Origin: Candidatus Spechtbacterales bacterium
Lineage (GTDB): Bacteria; Patescibacteriota; Minisyncoccia; Spechtbacterales; 2-12-FULL-38-22
NCBI GenBank assembly: GCA_040900345.1
Contig: JBBDZE010000035.1
Coordinates: 20,125 to 57,509, forward strand
Direction of reading: 5' to 3'
Length of the DNA stretch: 37,385 nucleotides
Numbering within the stretch: the stretch's first letter is position 1; every line of letters starts with the position of its first letter. The position numbers and the translations under genes were made by a program. The notes under the pieces are model-generated. The model saw only the letters and a program-made list of their open reading frames with translations. It had not been told where the DNA came from and searched no databases. Shown piece after piece: positions 36,679-37,385 of the stretch.

Positions 36679-37215
36679 TTAAAACACATACCTCTCCGTA
36701 TTTCTCAAATCAATCCCGTAATACTTTTTGTGCAAGACCGACTGATCCACAAAAATTGCATCGTTCCAGTCCAAACCTAGTAAGTCCGCGCCTTTGCGCA
36801 CCGCCTCCTCACTGGGTGCTTCAATTTCCAGCACCATGGGAATTTTGGGCCAAAAATCCAAGTCAAAGGTAATGTCGTCCAGCTTGTAGGTGATGCGCTT
36901 CTTCTCCTGGTAGCGGCGCAAGGGGATATCCAGTGCCAAAATAAACTCGGCGGCCGCCTCGGCCGATGATACCTCAAACTCAATTTCTGTGGTGCCGTCC
37001 ACCGTGTCCACCTCGTTCTCTTTATAGGTAAGGCGCACGGTGGCGCCGTCGTCGCGCACGCGGATGCGGCGGTTGCGGGCAATCCAGGTGTCGGTGTTGT
37101 GGTAAAAAAGCTTCTCTTTGAAAAACTTATCCGAAACTTTCTTAGCACCCGCGCGGACAAGTTTTTCTTCCACTTCTTTCTGGTCCAGGTTTATAAACCG
37201 AGCTTCTATTTCCAT
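36679..37215 (-). CDS. CYTH domain protein (class IV adenylate cyclase/triphosphatase-like)
   Basis: MEIEARF, RIRVR, LTYK, EIEF, QEKKR, LEIEA. Confidence 0.88.
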   Translation of the reverse strand: MEIEARFINLDQKEVEEKLVRAGAKKVSDKFFKEKLFYHNTDTWIARNRRIRVRDDGATVRLTYKENEVDTVDGTTEIEFEVSSAEAAAEFILALDIPLRRYQEKKRITYKLDDITFDLDFWPKIPMVLEIEAPSEEAVRKGADLLGLDWNDAIFVDQSVLHKKYYGIDLRNTERYVF

Positions 37216-37385
37216 ACTATTCTTTTCGTTTGAAAATTTTTGCGAAAAACTGAGCGACTGCCTTTTGTAGATCGCCTCGATCTCGCGAAGATGCTGCCAC
37301 TGCGAACGAAGCTCATAGCTACCTACAGCTTACTCCAACAAAAAACACCTCGCAATGAGGTGGGTCGTCAGCAGATGGGGGGGGG

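Noticed and set aside
36679-37215. CYTH cyclase as the signalling enzyme of the defence island
   Set aside because: GC content is more backbone-like, the gene is outside the heptamer boundary, and no cyclic-nucleotide sensor domain was recognised
37217-37312. Short minus frame ending ..QFFAKIFKRKE* 1 nt before the CYTH start
   Set aside because: No convincing start and an in-frame stop just upstream; near the unreliable contig end

Overview
A 37.4-kb bacterial contig (code 11) with a gene set typical of Patescibacteria/CPR, probably Parcubacteria. This is inferred from the ECF sigma + DUF5667 pair, Gmad2, DUF378/DUF1761/DUF1059-like small proteins and many short-leader genes. The poly-C and poly-G ends are probably sequencing artefacts. 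Ordinary content: MFS transporter, pepA, CapA-family protein, a CsoR-regulated copper operon (csoR-copB-...-DUF305), cluster-less MutY, NUDIX, CAP and zincin proteins, PIG-V-like GT-C, GSDH, YgjP-like protein and CYTH. No rRNA, tRNA, CRISPR array, integrase or transposase was recognised. Four things stand out. (1) A 1371-bp AT-richer fragment of a phage-like gene sits antisense inside a surface-protein gene between AAAAC repeats; removing it restores a 434-aa ORF. (2) At 26.6-28.3 kb the same intergenic scaffold (36-bp repeat, sigma70 promoter, terminator, ygjP 5' end) occurs twice around unrelated orphan genes. (3) A low-GC putative defence island (28.7-36.6 kb) encodes a PUA/EVE-like PD-(D/E)XK nuclease, a 1605-aa SF1 helicase-Vsr-like protein tightly coupled to a DUF2779-like dual nuclease, and a hidden zinc-finger ORF. 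(4) A frameshifted ORF ending RAP-stop lies inside the copper operon. All family calls are from motif recognition by eye, not database searches.
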